A DNA stretch of 64,000 nt, taken from a virus. Shown here in pieces: positions 9,820 through 20,652 of the stretch (the stretch's first letter is position 1; each line of letters opens with the position of its first letter). The stretch covers positions 64,001 through 128,000 of IMG/VR virus record IMGVR_UViG_3300013104_000002. One strand, 5' to 3'. The position numbers and the translations under genes were made by a program. The notes under the pieces are model-generated. The model was not told the origin of the DNA and did not search any database. It saw nothing but the letters and a program-made list of their open reading frames with translations.

Positions 9820-10800
9820 TTAAACTTCTCTTCTTACTTCTGGGTTCTGTTCAATTAATTCTTCGATAGCCTTGTATTGTGCTGAATTAGTATTCAAACA
9901 GAATTCTGCTATTGCTTGCATTGTAAGTCCTAGAAAAACTCCTCCGTTTTCTGTTACATATCCGCGTCTGTCTTTTTTAATTTTTCTTAGTTTGAAAAGT
10001 TGATTGACAGCATGGAAAAATTCCATTTTGGTTTGTCCTTCTTTTGTTTCATAATCTTCGCAGGCTGCTATAAATCTTTCTGCGAAATCTATACCTTCTT
10101 TAGGTGCATTGATATAGTCAAAATAGATAATCTTCAGATCTTCAGAGTCAACTTTACTTGTAACTTCTCTGTTCAAATACTGTAAGATTAAATCCAATTT
10201 ATCTCTATCTCCATCCGCTAAAATATTAAACTTACTAATTGCTTGTAAACGAGTCTTAGTTTGTTCTTTTTTCTTGTTTTTAGTCGCCTGTGGATTAGAT
10301 ATTGTAAACTGAGCGTCTTTTCTGTAAAATGGATTTTTCTCGTTTTTATCGCACGCAACTCCTTGAATGATAATTTGAAATAATTCAAAAAGTTGATCAG
10401 GTAGATTTGTATCAAACTCTTTATTTACGTAAGCTTCGTATCTGTATGAGTTTAAAAACTCATTTTTTTCAGATGGGTTTAAGTCTACGTTTCTAAACTT
10501 TTCAAACGGTTCTTTAATCTGTTTATTATAGATGGGGATTAATTCTTTTCTATCTTCTGCCGAATAATCGCTTAGACAATAAGATCCATCGTAAAATCCA
10601 GTATCGTATATATTTTTTTTATAGTCGAAATTTATACAATCCATAACTCCACTGCCTGTGAAAGGAAATTTTGTAGCCCCTATAGATTGTAATGCAGGGT
10701 TTGCATTTCCATCTGGTTTGTGATCTAAAACGTATTTTTGTCCTATTTCAATAAGGACATTACCAATATTAAATTTATTTGATTTTTTTGTAAATGCCAT
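9820..10800 (-). CDS. Conserved head-module protein following the MCP
   Basis: 326 aa, located between the MCP and the ring protein. Confidence 0.55.
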   Translation of the reverse strand: MAFTKKSNKFNIGNVLIEIGQKYVLDHKPDGNANPALQSIGATKFPFTGSGVMDCINFDYKKNIYDTGFYDGSYCLSDYSAEDRKELIPIYNKQIKEPFEKFRNVDLNPSEKNEFLNSYRYEAYVNKEFDTNLPDQLFELFQIIIQGVACDKNEKNPFYRKDAQFTISNPQATKNKKKEQTKTRLQAISKFNILADGDRDKLDLILQYLNREVTSKVDSEDLKIIYFDYINAPKEGIDFAERFIAACEDYETKEGQTKMEFFHAVNQLFKLRKIKKDRRGYVTENGGVFLGLTMQAIAEFCLNTNSAQYKAIEELIEQNPEVRREV

Positions 10801-10839
10801 TTCTTTTTTCTTTTGTTTTTCTTTCTTCTTTTTGAATTA

Positions 10840-10863
10840 CAGCCCCTAAATTAATAGGGACTG
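10840..10863 (-). terminator. Hairpin downstream of the MCP (terminator or stabiliser)
   Basis: CAGcCCCTA/TAGGGaCTG inverted repeat; weak U-tract. Confidence 0.45.
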
Positions 10864-10879
10864 ATCTTCTTTTTTATTC

Positions 10880-12604
10880 TTATCTGATTCCAGACATTCT
10901 ATTTTTAAGTTCGATTGTTACGAATTTACTTGGGTCTGGCATCCACATTGCACCAAATCCATAAATCCAGAAACCTTCTCCCATTAATTTTCCTGCTGCT
11001 GCAATATCTGAGGCTTTTCTTGAACTATAACGTCCGTTATCTCTACCCCATACAATTGGATTTTTCTCTGGTTTAACCATGTAGACATTGTGTCTTGCTT
11101 GTGTTTCCCCACCTACTGCTCTTGTTCCTTCTGGAAGAGTTGCATTAGAAGAGAATCTTTGGTCTGTTACATCCCAGATATATCCTGAATAAGTTGTGAA
11201 ATCTTTTCCACCTGGATTGATTCCTCTTACGCGTGGATCAGGTGAACCTCCTAAGTAATCTAGTGTCCTGTCTTCTGTAGCTGATAATTTACCTACTCCT
11301 GGAATTACTGCTGATGTGAATTTTACTTTACCTAGAGACATATTATCCCAAGTTCCTGTAACAGGGCTTGAATCCATAATTCTGTCTGCTCCCATTAAAG
11401 CTCCTAAGTTATTTAATTGAGATAAAGCTTGAGCTGAAATAATTGCTTCAATATTTTGGTATAATTCACTACCTGCATCAATATTCAAATATGTATCTTC
11501 GATTTGAGAATCATTGTACATATAAACGTAGTTTCTGATTTGAGTTAAATCTGCAATAGTTAAACCTCCTTTTTTATTATAAGTAAAGATTTTACCACGT
11601 CTCATTTGTTGCCAAAGTCCCTCATTAAATTCGATTACACCTTTAGATGTAGAAATTTTAGCTGCTGGCATGAACATCAAAGCACTATTAAATCTTTCTG
11701 TAAAAGAACGCATTGTAAGTAACTCTAAAATATCTGCTGCGGAAACTAATTGCTGTCCTGTAGAAGTTGTAGCTTTAATCATTGCAAGCGGTGTGTCTTC
11801 TACTCCTGCTGCTGACAATTCTTGTAAATATTTTTGAGTGTCGGCTGTTGTATAACCTGAGTTTAGTTTATATGAGTCAGCTTTTCCTGTAAACCAGTGT
11901 TCTGCTCCTTGCCCGCTTCCTAGTTTGAATTCACATTCAATATAATTAGTAGCATCTGGTAAGTGAGGGATACCTAATTTTTCAGAGTATTCTGCAATAT
12001 AAGAGTTGGAAGTTACTTGGTAAACTACATCGGCTTGTAAGTAAGATGCCTGATAAACTTTGTTTTTGTCGTTTTCTGAACCAATTAAACTCACATAATG
12101 CTCATATCCATTTCCTACATACTGAGGTTCTGGAGTTTCAGCGACCATAAGGAAGTCACCATATGCTTTATCAATACTTAGAGTTTGAAAAGGAGCTAGT
12201 TTTTTATTAAGTACAATTCTGAAAGTTGTACCATCTGCTCCTACATATCCGTCAGGTGATTGATCAGAAGTATCTTCTACAGTTCTGAAACAGTTGTCTG
12301 TCTCTACTGCCATTTTATACTTAAATCCTCCATCCTGTCCGTTTACAGTAAGAACTGCATTTGAACTAGTTACTTTCTTATAGATTGAGCTTGAAAATGA
12401 AGTTCTTTTCATTACCTGCTCATCCCATTTGTTTTGTAACATTAACATGTTACGGTTAGGATCTAATTCAATAAAAGACGTAAGCATGATACTAGAATCT
12501 AGGTATCCTTGTTGCGCTGGTATTAAATTAGCCTTACTAACAGGAGCGATAGACATATCGGTAATGGCTGCTCCATTAATTGCTAAACCTTGGTTTGAAT
12601 ACAT
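10880..12604 (-). CDS. Major capsid protein (crAss-like, HK97 fold)
   Basis: 574 aa, highly biased codon usage, GLWQQM motif; gene order terL-portal-scaffold-MCP. Confidence 0.8.
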   Translation of the reverse strand: MYSNQGLAINGAAITDMSIAPVSKANLIPAQQGYLDSSIMLTSFIELDPNRNMLMLQNKWDEQVMKRTSFSSSIYKKVTSSNAVLTVNGQDGGFKYKMAVETDNCFRTVEDTSDQSPDGYVGADGTTFRIVLNKKLAPFQTLSIDKAYGDFLMVAETPEPQYVGNGYEHYVSLIGSENDKNKVYQASYLQADVVYQVTSNSYIAEYSEKLGIPHLPDATNYIECEFKLGSGQGAEHWFTGKADSYKLNSGYTTADTQKYLQELSAAGVEDTPLAMIKATTSTGQQLVSAADILELLTMRSFTERFNSALMFMPAAKISTSKGVIEFNEGLWQQMRRGKIFTYNKKGGLTIADLTQIRNYVYMYNDSQIEDTYLNIDAGSELYQNIEAIISAQALSQLNNLGALMGADRIMDSSPVTGTWDNMSLGKVKFTSAVIPGVGKLSATEDRTLDYLGGSPDPRVRGINPGGKDFTTYSGYIWDVTDQRFSSNATLPEGTRAVGGETQARHNVYMVKPEKNPIVWGRDNGRYSSRKASDIAAAGKLMGEGFWIYGFGAMWMPDPSKFVTIELKNRMSGIR

Positions 12605-12615
12605 TCGTTTTTATT

Positions 12616-13716
12616 TTATTTTTGTTTGAAATCATTAATAACTTTATCTGCGTAATCTTCTAAAGATTCTTTAGCTAAAGTTGGTTTTTTTGTATTATTT
12701 AAATTTACTGTGAAAAGTCCTTTTGCGTTCTCTACTTTTGTTTCTAATACTTTCTTAGATGCTACCCATTTTTTAAATTCTGCTGGATTACTTAAAAAAT
12801 AAGTTAATTCTGCGTACATTTCTGGGTTTTTAACAGCTTCAAAATAAAGTTTATCTGTGTTTGATATTTTATCGTTATCTAATTTTGTAGCGTTTTCTAC
12901 TAAAACTTTTTGAATATTATCTGGAATTCCCCATTCCTTATATTTACTTGAAATATTCTTTCTAAGATTCTTTAACTCTTCTTTTTCTTTTTCTATACGG
13001 GCAAACTCGTCTCTTCTCTTTTCTTCTATTTTATCTGCTTGGATTGCTAAATGTGAATCTATAATAGTATTTGCTTCTTCTTCTAATACGCCGTTTTCAA
13101 TATATTCTTGAAGTTGAGCATCAATTAACTTCTTACTAAGTCCTTTTTGTTGTAGATTATAAGCTACAATATTGATTTGAGTGTTTTCTCTTAAATTAGA
13201 ATTATCACTATTTAAATTAGCTTTTAAACCTTCAAGTTGTTCAATAGCTGTAATATTTTCTTTAATGATTTCTGAAATATTTCCTCCAGCCTGTTTTACT
13301 TCTATAAGCTTTCTGGTCTGTTCATCTAGGTTTTCTACTGGAATATATTTCTCTTTTCGCTCTTTTTCCTTCTCAGCTCTATACCCTGCTAATATTTGTT
13401 GATAACCTTCCTCTGTTAAATCTTCTATGTCTTCTAAGTAAACCTCTTTGTCATTATATGTAATTGCGAAGTTTTCTAAAAAACCGTATTTAATATCTGA
13501 CTTTAATCTATTACTATAGTCAGAACTAATTATTGTTTGACTTACTGGGGGTTCAACTACTGGCTCGGTTTCTAACTTGGGTTCTACGGCATTCTCTTTT
13601 GTAGTTGGCTCAACTTGGTTTACTATAGGTTCAGTTACTGGAGCTTGTGTTGTCTCTCCGAATATGCTGGCTAATAATTCTTGTGAGTTTACTACTTGTG
13701 CATTTTGGTTTTCCAT
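12616..13716 (-). CDS. Scaffold-like acidic coiled-coil protein
   Basis: Acidic, P/E-rich N-terminus and coiled-coil core; between portal and MCP. The ATG at 13716 (MENQNAQ) is preferred because a TAAATTTG promoter box lies just upstream. Confidence 0.65.
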   Translation of the reverse strand: MENQNAQVVNSQELLASIFGETTQAPVTEPIVNQVEPTTKENAVEPKLETEPVVEPPVSQTIISSDYSNRLKSDIKYGFLENFAITYNDKEVYLEDIEDLTEEGYQQILAGYRAEKEKERKEKYIPVENLDEQTRKLIEVKQAGGNISEIIKENITAIEQLEGLKANLNSDNSNLRENTQINIVAYNLQQKGLSKKLIDAQLQEYIENGVLEEEANTIIDSHLAIQADKIEEKRRDEFARIEKEKEELKNLRKNISSKYKEWGIPDNIQKVLVENATKLDNDKISNTDKLYFEAVKNPEMYAELTYFLSNPAEFKKWVASKKVLETKVENAKGLFTVNLNNTKKPTLAKESLEDYADKVINDFKQK

Positions 13717-13826
13717 CTTTCTTTGTGCAAATTTATTATTTAATGTTTTATTATACAAATGTGTTAAAGCTGTTGTAATTTGTTATAAAAATTTTTGTCA
13801 ATTACAAATTTTGTCAAATCTTATTT

Positions 13827-16613
13827 TTAGTTCTTGTTTTGAATTGCAATTTGATAATCTATATTTTTTAACTGTGCTCTTTGAGCTATTTCAGCTTCTT
13901 TTTGTTTTATTTTCTGAAGTTCTATAAATTTAGTAGATTCATCCATATCCATTTTGCGTTGTAGTTCTTGAGTTCTTAGAGCTATATCGGTTTGATAGGA
14001 TTCTCTTTTTAGATTTAATTCAAAAGCTTTTTCAATATCAGCAGTGTTATCTTCTTTAGTGGATGCTGCGTCTCTACCCAATGCTGTAAGATAAGCTTCT
14101 TTATATTGCCATTCTCCTTTTATATTAGCTAGATTTACTTCATGCGCTTGAAGATCTTCTCGTGCTGCGGTTTGAGCTTCTATATTTTTTGTTAATTGAC
14201 TGTCTTCAAATTGTCTTTGCTGTTCTTGATTTTGATTAGTACGTGCTCTCATTTCCTTACTCAATTGTCGTAATTTAAGCGTATAAGGATTAGTGAAAAT
14301 ATCTACTAAATCTCCAAAATCTTTTTGAATTGTGTTATCTGACAACAACATTTGTTGCAATGCTTTTACTAATGCTCTATCTTTAGAGGTAGCTACAGGA
14401 AGTATAGAAATTCTTCTTAAAGGGAAATATTCTGGGTCTTCTGCTAGTATATCTATAAAGTGATTTGAACCATCGGTATTCTTAATCAATCTTGTAGAAG
14501 ATTTTCCATTTACTTCACATTGTTGGGCTATTGCTATATGAAGTTCATTAGCTTTAGATTTAGAAGTATTGAATTCATCTATGTAATTTGAGATAAGAGC
14601 ATAGCTTGCAGTAGCTTGTTGAGTTACGCCTTCTGCTGTTTCATAAGTTGTTGGTGCACCTAACATTTGAGGTGTAATTCCTACTTGCTGGAATCCTTGT
14701 TGTCTGAATGTCTCAGCTATTTGCATTCTGTATTGAACTTGTGCGGCGAAAACAACTTCATTTCTTTGAAATACGTTCGGATAAACAGAACTTCCTTGGG
14801 TGTTAGTTCGTGATAAATCCATTGGCATCATCTTAGTGAGTTTAATAGTATTTGAGAGAGAGTATAATGCTTCTTCTGTAGTTTGATCTTTATATTCCTG
14901 TCCTAAAGCGTTTATATCAAAAGAATAGAAAACACCTAGTTCATCAGCAAGTAATTCACTTACCTGGTTAAGGCAAATATTGTGTAATTGTTGATAAGGA
15001 AAAGCTTTTTTAATAACGCCATTAGTAATAATTCCTCCAACAGGATGTCTTACCTGATAAATATTACTATCTCCTTTTATTTGTTGTTCTATAGGTTTTC
15101 CCCATAAAATTAAATCTTCTTTTATGTTTAAAGAGTTATTAGATTTAATAACTACCATATAACATGATTGTGGTCTATAATGCCAAGTTATTGTGTTAGC
15201 ATAATCGGATATAGTTCCTTTTTTAAGTGCATCTTGCAATCCTTGAATACTTACATTTCTACGTAATTTTAATTCATTGTCAGTTATGAATTCTTTTACA
15301 ATATCCTCGGTTACTATCTCTATATCTAGACTTCCTACTTCATTTTCATAAACTACTATTCCAAACCTTTCCATTGAAGTCCAGTATACTTCCATTATTT
15401 CAACAGAAGAGTTACTTACAATAATATCTGATCTTAATTGTTGAGCCAATCCTTTAGAAGTAGAATTAAAATCTGAACCTGCTCTTGGCATCCATTCATT
15501 TACTACAGTACCGTCTTCTTTTTTAGTGTAAGCTATTGGAGCACCTAAAGCACTCTCCATTTGGAGATTTATGTTATGATCATGATAATTATGAAAAGGT
15601 AATATTTCATTATCAGCAAATGGGGCTTTTCCTTCTCCGCTTAAAGGCATTATACCTTTTTCGTAGTCTGTTCCTTGCCCCCAAAAATCTCCTATTTGTT
15701 CTTGTTGTTTTCCCGTCATTAAATGACCGTACTTTGATATAGTATCTGTTAATGACATTTCTGTCAATCTTCCTATAAAAGAGCAATCCTGTGGATATTT
15801 AGTATTAGCATATTCAGAAAAAAATACTTCCTCTACTTGCCAGTCTTCTATATCATAGTAATCGAATCCTACTCTGTAGTGTCTGAACCATCTTCCTGTT
15901 AAGATATAATCTACTAATCTGTTTTTATCGGCTTCTTCTAAATGGAATTTCTTTTTATCTGCTGTTAAAACATTTGAAGCCCATTCAGATGCAATTACTT
16001 TGAAATTTTTGGATAAATCTCTTTCTATTTCATCAGGAGTCAGTTTTTTAACTTCTGCATCTAATTGTGCTAAATATTGTTGCTTCTCTTCTTCTGATGA
16101 AAACTCTTGTTGATTAGGATTAATTCCACGCGCAATAAGCATTCTGTCAATTTCTCTCTTGAATAAAGCTTGTGCATATTGATTTAATTTTTCTGTCCTG
16201 GCGCGAATATATTCGTTGGTATAGCAATCCGAAACATCTTCTATGTTATATTGACTGTCAGTTTCTGCAAATACTCCTTTGATGGCATTAGCAATAATTC
16301 CAAGAAAGTCAAAATGTTTTAGACTTGTTGGAATAGGTACATCAGAAGCTAAAGCTTGAAATTCTTGTAATTCGGTATTATTTAAAGTTTTTTCTATATC
16401 TACAGAACGGTATACAAACTCTCCTTCTGTCATTTTTCTTATTTCAGAAAATACAGAGTTTCTTCTTCTTTGTTGTGTTGCTTGCCAATATAGGGCATCA
16501 GCATTTGCTTTCAACCAAGCATCTGTCTTCTTAGACTTTGGAAGTGTCTGTACAGGAAGGTCTCTAAATGTGGAACCTCCGTTAATTTTACTTAATACAT
16601 CGTATTCTTGCAC
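13827..16613 (-). CDS. Portal protein
   Basis: 928 aa directly downstream of terL; PYQQLHN and VGITPQMLG motifs; long coiled-coil C-terminus typical of crAss-like portals. Confidence 0.82.
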   Translation of the reverse strand: MQEYDVLSKINGGSTFRDLPVQTLPKSKKTDAWLKANADALYWQATQQRRRNSVFSEIRKMTEGEFVYRSVDIEKTLNNTELQEFQALASDVPIPTSLKHFDFLGIIANAIKGVFAETDSQYNIEDVSDCYTNEYIRARTEKLNQYAQALFKREIDRMLIARGINPNQQEFSSEEEKQQYLAQLDAEVKKLTPDEIERDLSKNFKVIASEWASNVLTADKKKFHLEEADKNRLVDYILTGRWFRHYRVGFDYYDIEDWQVEEVFFSEYANTKYPQDCSFIGRLTEMSLTDTISKYGHLMTGKQQEQIGDFWGQGTDYEKGIMPLSGEGKAPFADNEILPFHNYHDHNINLQMESALGAPIAYTKKEDGTVVNEWMPRAGSDFNSTSKGLAQQLRSDIIVSNSSVEIMEVYWTSMERFGIVVYENEVGSLDIEIVTEDIVKEFITDNELKLRRNVSIQGLQDALKKGTISDYANTITWHYRPQSCYMVVIKSNNSLNIKEDLILWGKPIEQQIKGDSNIYQVRHPVGGIITNGVIKKAFPYQQLHNICLNQVSELLADELGVFYSFDINALGQEYKDQTTEEALYSLSNTIKLTKMMPMDLSRTNTQGSSVYPNVFQRNEVVFAAQVQYRMQIAETFRQQGFQQVGITPQMLGAPTTYETAEGVTQQATASYALISNYIDEFNTSKSKANELHIAIAQQCEVNGKSSTRLIKNTDGSNHFIDILAEDPEYFPLRRISILPVATSKDRALVKALQQMLLSDNTIQKDFGDLVDIFTNPYTLKLRQLSKEMRARTNQNQEQQRQFEDSQLTKNIEAQTAAREDLQAHEVNLANIKGEWQYKEAYLTALGRDAASTKEDNTADIEKAFELNLKRESYQTDIALRTQELQRKMDMDESTKFIELQKIKQKEAEIAQRAQLKNIDYQIAIQNKN

Positions 16614-16687
16614 GCGGATTTATTTTAATCTACAAAATTAATTATAATAGTTTATATCTACAAATTTGTTAGATTCATTGTCAAAGG

Positions 16688-19336
16688 TTAACGTCTATTG
16701 AAATGACTTCTTTTTGGGTTTTGTTTGAAAAATTGTAATTTTTTGGGTTGTTGTGGTTGAGGTGTTTCTTGTTGTGGTTTTTCCTTTTTGTACTCTTTAG
16801 GAATCCAAAATAATGCGCTTCTTAGATAATGGGCATATGCGTAGGCGGCCATAGCGGATGTAATCCTGTCCACGTTCAAATTCTCTGACCAGTTGATGAT
16901 CTCTTCTATTAAACCAATGTCATCTATAAGTTGTACTCCTTTTAATAATTTTGTTGTTCCATCTTCTTGCTCTACTTCATAAGTTTCATTACAAAAATCT
17001 ACAAAAAGGTCAAATAAGAATTTCTTACTTGTGGTTGGATTCCAACCTGTTTTTCTTTTATTATTATTGGGTATATTAAAACTTGTTGAAAAATCTAAAC
17101 TTGGTGCGAGATACTTTTCTGATAATTGTCTCTTATCTAAGAAATCTTTTATTCCATAATTGAAATTTTCTCCGAAAGCTGTTCTATCTAAGTTATAAGC
17201 TTCCATTAATAATTGCCATTTTTCCCAAACTTCTGTATGTTTTTCAGGACGGAAAGAAATAGAAGCCACAATTTTTTCAGAAAAAGGATCTCCTAAAACC
17301 TTATTCTTAACTACATAGAAACTAGACACAGAAGAAGTTTCAGAGTCATCGGAAGCATAGTCATCAAATCCAGCAGTGTACATTCCATAAGGAGGTTTGG
17401 TTGCTGGTATATCTTCGAAAATTAAAAATGGTGCGTCTACAATTCCTCCTTTGTGTGGAAAATCAGCTAAAGGTTTTTTAGATATTGTAGAATGTATTTT
17501 ACCTTGCGAATCTCTGTATAAATCTCTTCTTACATCCCACAATCCTGTTTCTAATAAGTAAGCTTTATGTGCTTTTGCTTCATTGACTGGGAATCTATTT
17601 CTTGTTCCTGATTGTGTAATTTCAGAAGGTTTTATAGGAGCATATATAGTGGTTTTATGTAATTTTACTTTATCTTTTGAAGCGGCTTCTCTTTCTTTTT
17701 CTATTTTTTCTTTGGCAGCTTTCCAATCAGTAATTTTTATTTTTATTTTTCTTAATTCTTCACTCTCTGGTTTACCTAAATAATCTGCTAAAGTGCTTTC
17801 TATTTTAGGCATATCTACCCTGCACTGTCCAGGAATAAAAGAACCAAAAGGTTTTAATTTATCTTCTTCCCAAGTAATATGCTCAGGATCAACTCCTCTT
17901 TCTAAAATATCCCATTGCATTGGCATAATACTGTAAGTTTCAGGATCTCCTAATGCTTTTACACCATCTGCTGAAAGCTCTTCTGTTCCTGCTGTACCAC
18001 TTAAAATAACTCTTGCTCTTAAGCTTCCATCTGTACCTACTAATGCAGGTACTAATGATTCAATAGCTTCTAAAAAAATAGATTTCATTGCCTCATCCAA
18101 GACTACGACCCCTGTCGGTGTAAATCCTGCAAAGATTTCTTTATTATTTCCAGAGTCAGTGTTTATAATATGTAAAGTGGATAGTAATATCGTTTTATTT
18201 CCTTTAGTCTTAATACCTAACTCTACTTTTTTACTCCAATCATTTGTAACATTGAAAACTCTAAAGGCTGGATTTTTATTAAGGTTATCTATTTTGAAAT
18301 TTTTAGATAATTGTTCTAGGTCTTTTGCTGAAGCCCCTGCACATAATAAAGTTTCTTCTCCTAAAGTTGCAGAATGTGATAACATACTTGCTTCTGTTGT
18401 TGTTTTAGCAACACGCCTGGAACAAGCTAAAAAAAGCATTCTATAATCTGTATCCTCTAATCGATCTTTGTTTTCGAAAATCATCCAATCACTATCTCTA
18501 AGTGGAGGATTCATTTTTACATCTTGAGAAAAAAACTTTTGCTTGGTTTCATTCCATAAATTTACAGGTATAGGTGCTATAAAAATATTTATATGGTAAT
18601 ATGCCCATCCAGATATATAAACATCATCTATCTTTATTCCACTTTTTATTTTTTTAAATTCATCCACATAAAATTGAAGAGTTTCAGGAATTTGTTCCCA
18701 ATAATGCAAATTAGTGTCCCATTTAGGCACATTTTCCATATAAATTAGCATCTCATTTTTAGGTGGAGTTGTAAAATCTATATTTCTATAATCTAATTCT
18801 TTTTGTATTATTTCTGCATATTCAGGTATAGCTATAAGAACCTTATGCATAGATAGTGGAGCTTTTGCATCAGATAAAAATTCAATTACATTTACATTTT
18901 CTTCACCAAATTTAATATCTAAAGATTCAACAGCATCATCGATAGCATTATATTTTTTTTGCAATAGGTTATGAAAATCCATTTCTTCTAACTTCAAATC
19001 ATTAGTTGCAATTTCATCTAATGAAAATCCATTAATATACATATCAATTCTGTCCATATGTTGGTTAATAACTTTATTAACACGTTTTACATATTTTTTA
19101 AATTGGGGAAGTCTATGATGTTGATTTGCTTTTTTGGCAAAAAACTTAAGCCTATCGATTAAAATAAGTACAGACTGATCCTGCACCATAAATTCATCTT
19201 TTTTAGGATTATAGGCTTTTCCATTTTCTATTTTTATGTCACCCAGTTCTGTCCAATCATTATCCTTTATATATTTTTCAGTTTTAAGCAGAGATGGGGT
19301 GTACTTCTTTATATATTCATCTACGTATTCGCTCAT
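16688..19336 (-). CDS. terL: Terminase large subunit
   Basis: Walker A-like SRRVAKTT, Walker B VVVLDE, coupling motif SGTAG, nuclease motifs YTAGFDDY and NVDRITS. Confidence 0.9.
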   Translation of the reverse strand: MSEYVDEYIKKYTPSLLKTEKYIKDNDWTELGDIKIENGKAYNPKKDEFMVQDQSVLILIDRLKFFAKKANQHHRLPQFKKYVKRVNKVINQHMDRIDMYINGFSLDEIATNDLKLEEMDFHNLLQKKYNAIDDAVESLDIKFGEENVNVIEFLSDAKAPLSMHKVLIAIPEYAEIIQKELDYRNIDFTTPPKNEMLIYMENVPKWDTNLHYWEQIPETLQFYVDEFKKIKSGIKIDDVYISGWAYYHINIFIAPIPVNLWNETKQKFFSQDVKMNPPLRDSDWMIFENKDRLEDTDYRMLFLACSRRVAKTTTEASMLSHSATLGEETLLCAGASAKDLEQLSKNFKIDNLNKNPAFRVFNVTNDWSKKVELGIKTKGNKTILLSTLHIINTDSGNNKEIFAGFTPTGVVVLDEAMKSIFLEAIESLVPALVGTDGSLRARVILSGTAGTEELSADGVKALGDPETYSIMPMQWDILERGVDPEHITWEEDKLKPFGSFIPGQCRVDMPKIESTLADYLGKPESEELRKIKIKITDWKAAKEKIEKEREAASKDKVKLHKTTIYAPIKPSEITQSGTRNRFPVNEAKAHKAYLLETGLWDVRRDLYRDSQGKIHSTISKKPLADFPHKGGIVDAPFLIFEDIPATKPPYGMYTAGFDDYASDDSETSSVSSFYVVKNKVLGDPFSEKIVASISFRPEKHTEVWEKWQLLMEAYNLDRTAFGENFNYGIKDFLDKRQLSEKYLAPSLDFSTSFNIPNNNKRKTGWNPTTSKKFLFDLFVDFCNETYEVEQEDGTTKLLKGVQLIDDIGLIEEIINWSENLNVDRITSAMAAYAYAHYLRSALFWIPKEYKKEKPQQETPQPQQPKKLQFFKQNPKRSHFNRR

Positions 19337-19358
19337 TTAATATCTTTATATTTACACT

Positions 19359-19378
19359 AAAAGGGACACGAAGTCCCT
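19359..19378 (-). terminator. Terminator-like hairpin just upstream of terL
   Basis: AGGGAC-acgaa-GTCCCT with TTTT following on the minus strand. Confidence 0.6.
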
Positions 19379-19387
19379 AGTTAATTT

Positions 19388-19825
19388 TTATTTTTCTCCT
19401 ACAATACTTTGATATTCCATAAATCTAGCTGATTGAATTGTTATATCTCTGTATTGTTGTTTATAGAATTCGTAAAGTTCTTTATCAACTGTTTCTCTTT
19501 TTCCATTTTTTATGGCGAAAACTGACTTTAATTTAAAATCCTTTATTTCTTCTGAAATTTCTTCAGGAATTTCTATCAGATCTTTATAAAATAAGTAAGC
19601 ATAGTAGAGTTTCTTTTGGAGTTCTAATAAATCTATTTTTAGTATATTAAGTACTCCTATTGTTTCGAATACTAAATCTATTTGTTCTTCTTCTGTTAGT
19701 CCTAAAGATTTTTCTGCTAGTTTTTTTCTCTCTTCGATTATATTTTTTTCACTTTCTTGGACATGATTTTTTAATTCTACATAGTCCTTAAAAGTTTGCT
19801 GAAGATTATTCTGTATTATATTCAT
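19388..19825 (-). CDS. Hypothetical coiled-coil protein
   Basis: 145 aa ORF in the operon. Confidence 0.6.
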   Translation of the reverse strand: MNIIQNNLQQTFKDYVELKNHVQESEKNIIEERKKLAEKSLGLTEEEQIDLVFETIGVLNILKIDLLELQKKLYYAYLFYKDLIEIPEEISEEIKDFKLKSVFAIKNGKRETVDKELYEFYKQQYRDITIQSARFMEYQSIVGEK

Positions 19826-19826
19826 A

Positions 19827-20030
19827 TTATTCGAAGCTGTCTGTATAGTAATCAGTTTTTATTGTTTCTTTTAAAGCATTATAAATTTCTTCATCAGACA
19901 TATTATAATACTTTTTCTTAGCTGTTTTTTCTATTTGAGTTAATTTTTCTCCTGCCGAAAATCCATCATTAATAATAAATAATTCTGTAAATAATTCTAC
20001 GATTGCTCCTTGTAAATTTACGCTGTGCAT
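19827..20030 (-). CDS. Hypothetical protein
   Basis: 67 aa, coupled to its neighbours. Confidence 0.55.
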   Translation of the reverse strand: MHSVNLQGAIVELFTELFIINDGFSAGEKLTQIEKTAKKKYYNMSDEEIYNALKETIKTDYYTDSFE

Positions 20031-20332
20031 TGTCCTGTGATTTTAATGATTCCTATTTTTTGATTTTTGTAACGGATTTCCATAACTTTTGAAACTTTTG
20101 TAGAGCATTCGTTGTAGGAAATATTAACTTTTTGAGTGTTTTTGTCTATTATTTTCTTTTCGCTAACTGAGCATTGGCAAGTTGGAACTACGTCTAATAA
20201 ACTTGAATCTTCTATTCCTGTTATTAGCAAATCTATAGAGGATTGACCTTTTTTAAATGTTCCAAAGTCTATTGTATAATTTCCATTCTCCTCGTAGAAA
20301 TTAAATTTTTCTGTTGTGTTTTTTATTTTCAT
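20018..20332 (-). CDS. Ig-like (DUF1573-like) protein
   Basis: IDFG...VVPTCQCS...I.I.Y...I.ITG pattern. Confidence 0.55.
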   Translation of the reverse strand: MKIKNTTEKFNFYEENGNYTIDFGTFKKGQSSIDLLITGIEDSSLLDVVPTCQCSVSEKKIIDKNTQKVNISYNECSTKVSKVMEIRYKNQKIGIIKITGQCTA

Positions 20333-20344
20333 TTTTTACTTATT

Positions 20345-20632
20345 TTAATCCCAATACCCTTTTTCACAATTATCTTCCATCAAAATTTTATAATAAATAC
20401 TACAAGACGAGCAAAAAGTACAGTTACCTAAAACATCATCTTCAGATTTCCCTGTAATCCAAGAATAAAAATCAGAAAGTTTCTTTAATATTCTTTTTTT
20501 AATTGGAATTTTTTCTACATTTAAAGAGTTAAACTCGCAACCTTTACAAATTTTTCTTTTTCGTAATGTTTCCTCATCCTCTTTAGACTTTTTGAATCTG
20601 CTTAGAATGATGATTTTTATAGTTTTAAACAT
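20345..20632 (-). CDS. Cys-rich putative zinc-binding protein
   Basis: KRKICKGC...CTFCSSC...K....C..GYW. Confidence 0.6.
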   Translation of the reverse strand: MFKTIKIIILSRFKKSKEDEETLRKRKICKGCEFNSLNVEKIPIKKRILKKLSDFYSWITGKSEDDVLGNCTFCSSCSIYYKILMEDNCEKGYWD

Positions 20633-20652
20633 AATTCTTAATTTTGATTATC

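Noticed and set aside
161-18446. Short plus-strand ORFs in the late block (161, 994, 1965, 7116, 8076, 13577, 18159 and others)
   Set aside because: They are antisense shadows of long minus-strand genes with recognisable products.
16688-19336. Intein or intron in terL, portal or MCP
   Set aside because: The frames are continuous, and I saw no intein splice-junction or LAGLIDADG motifs.
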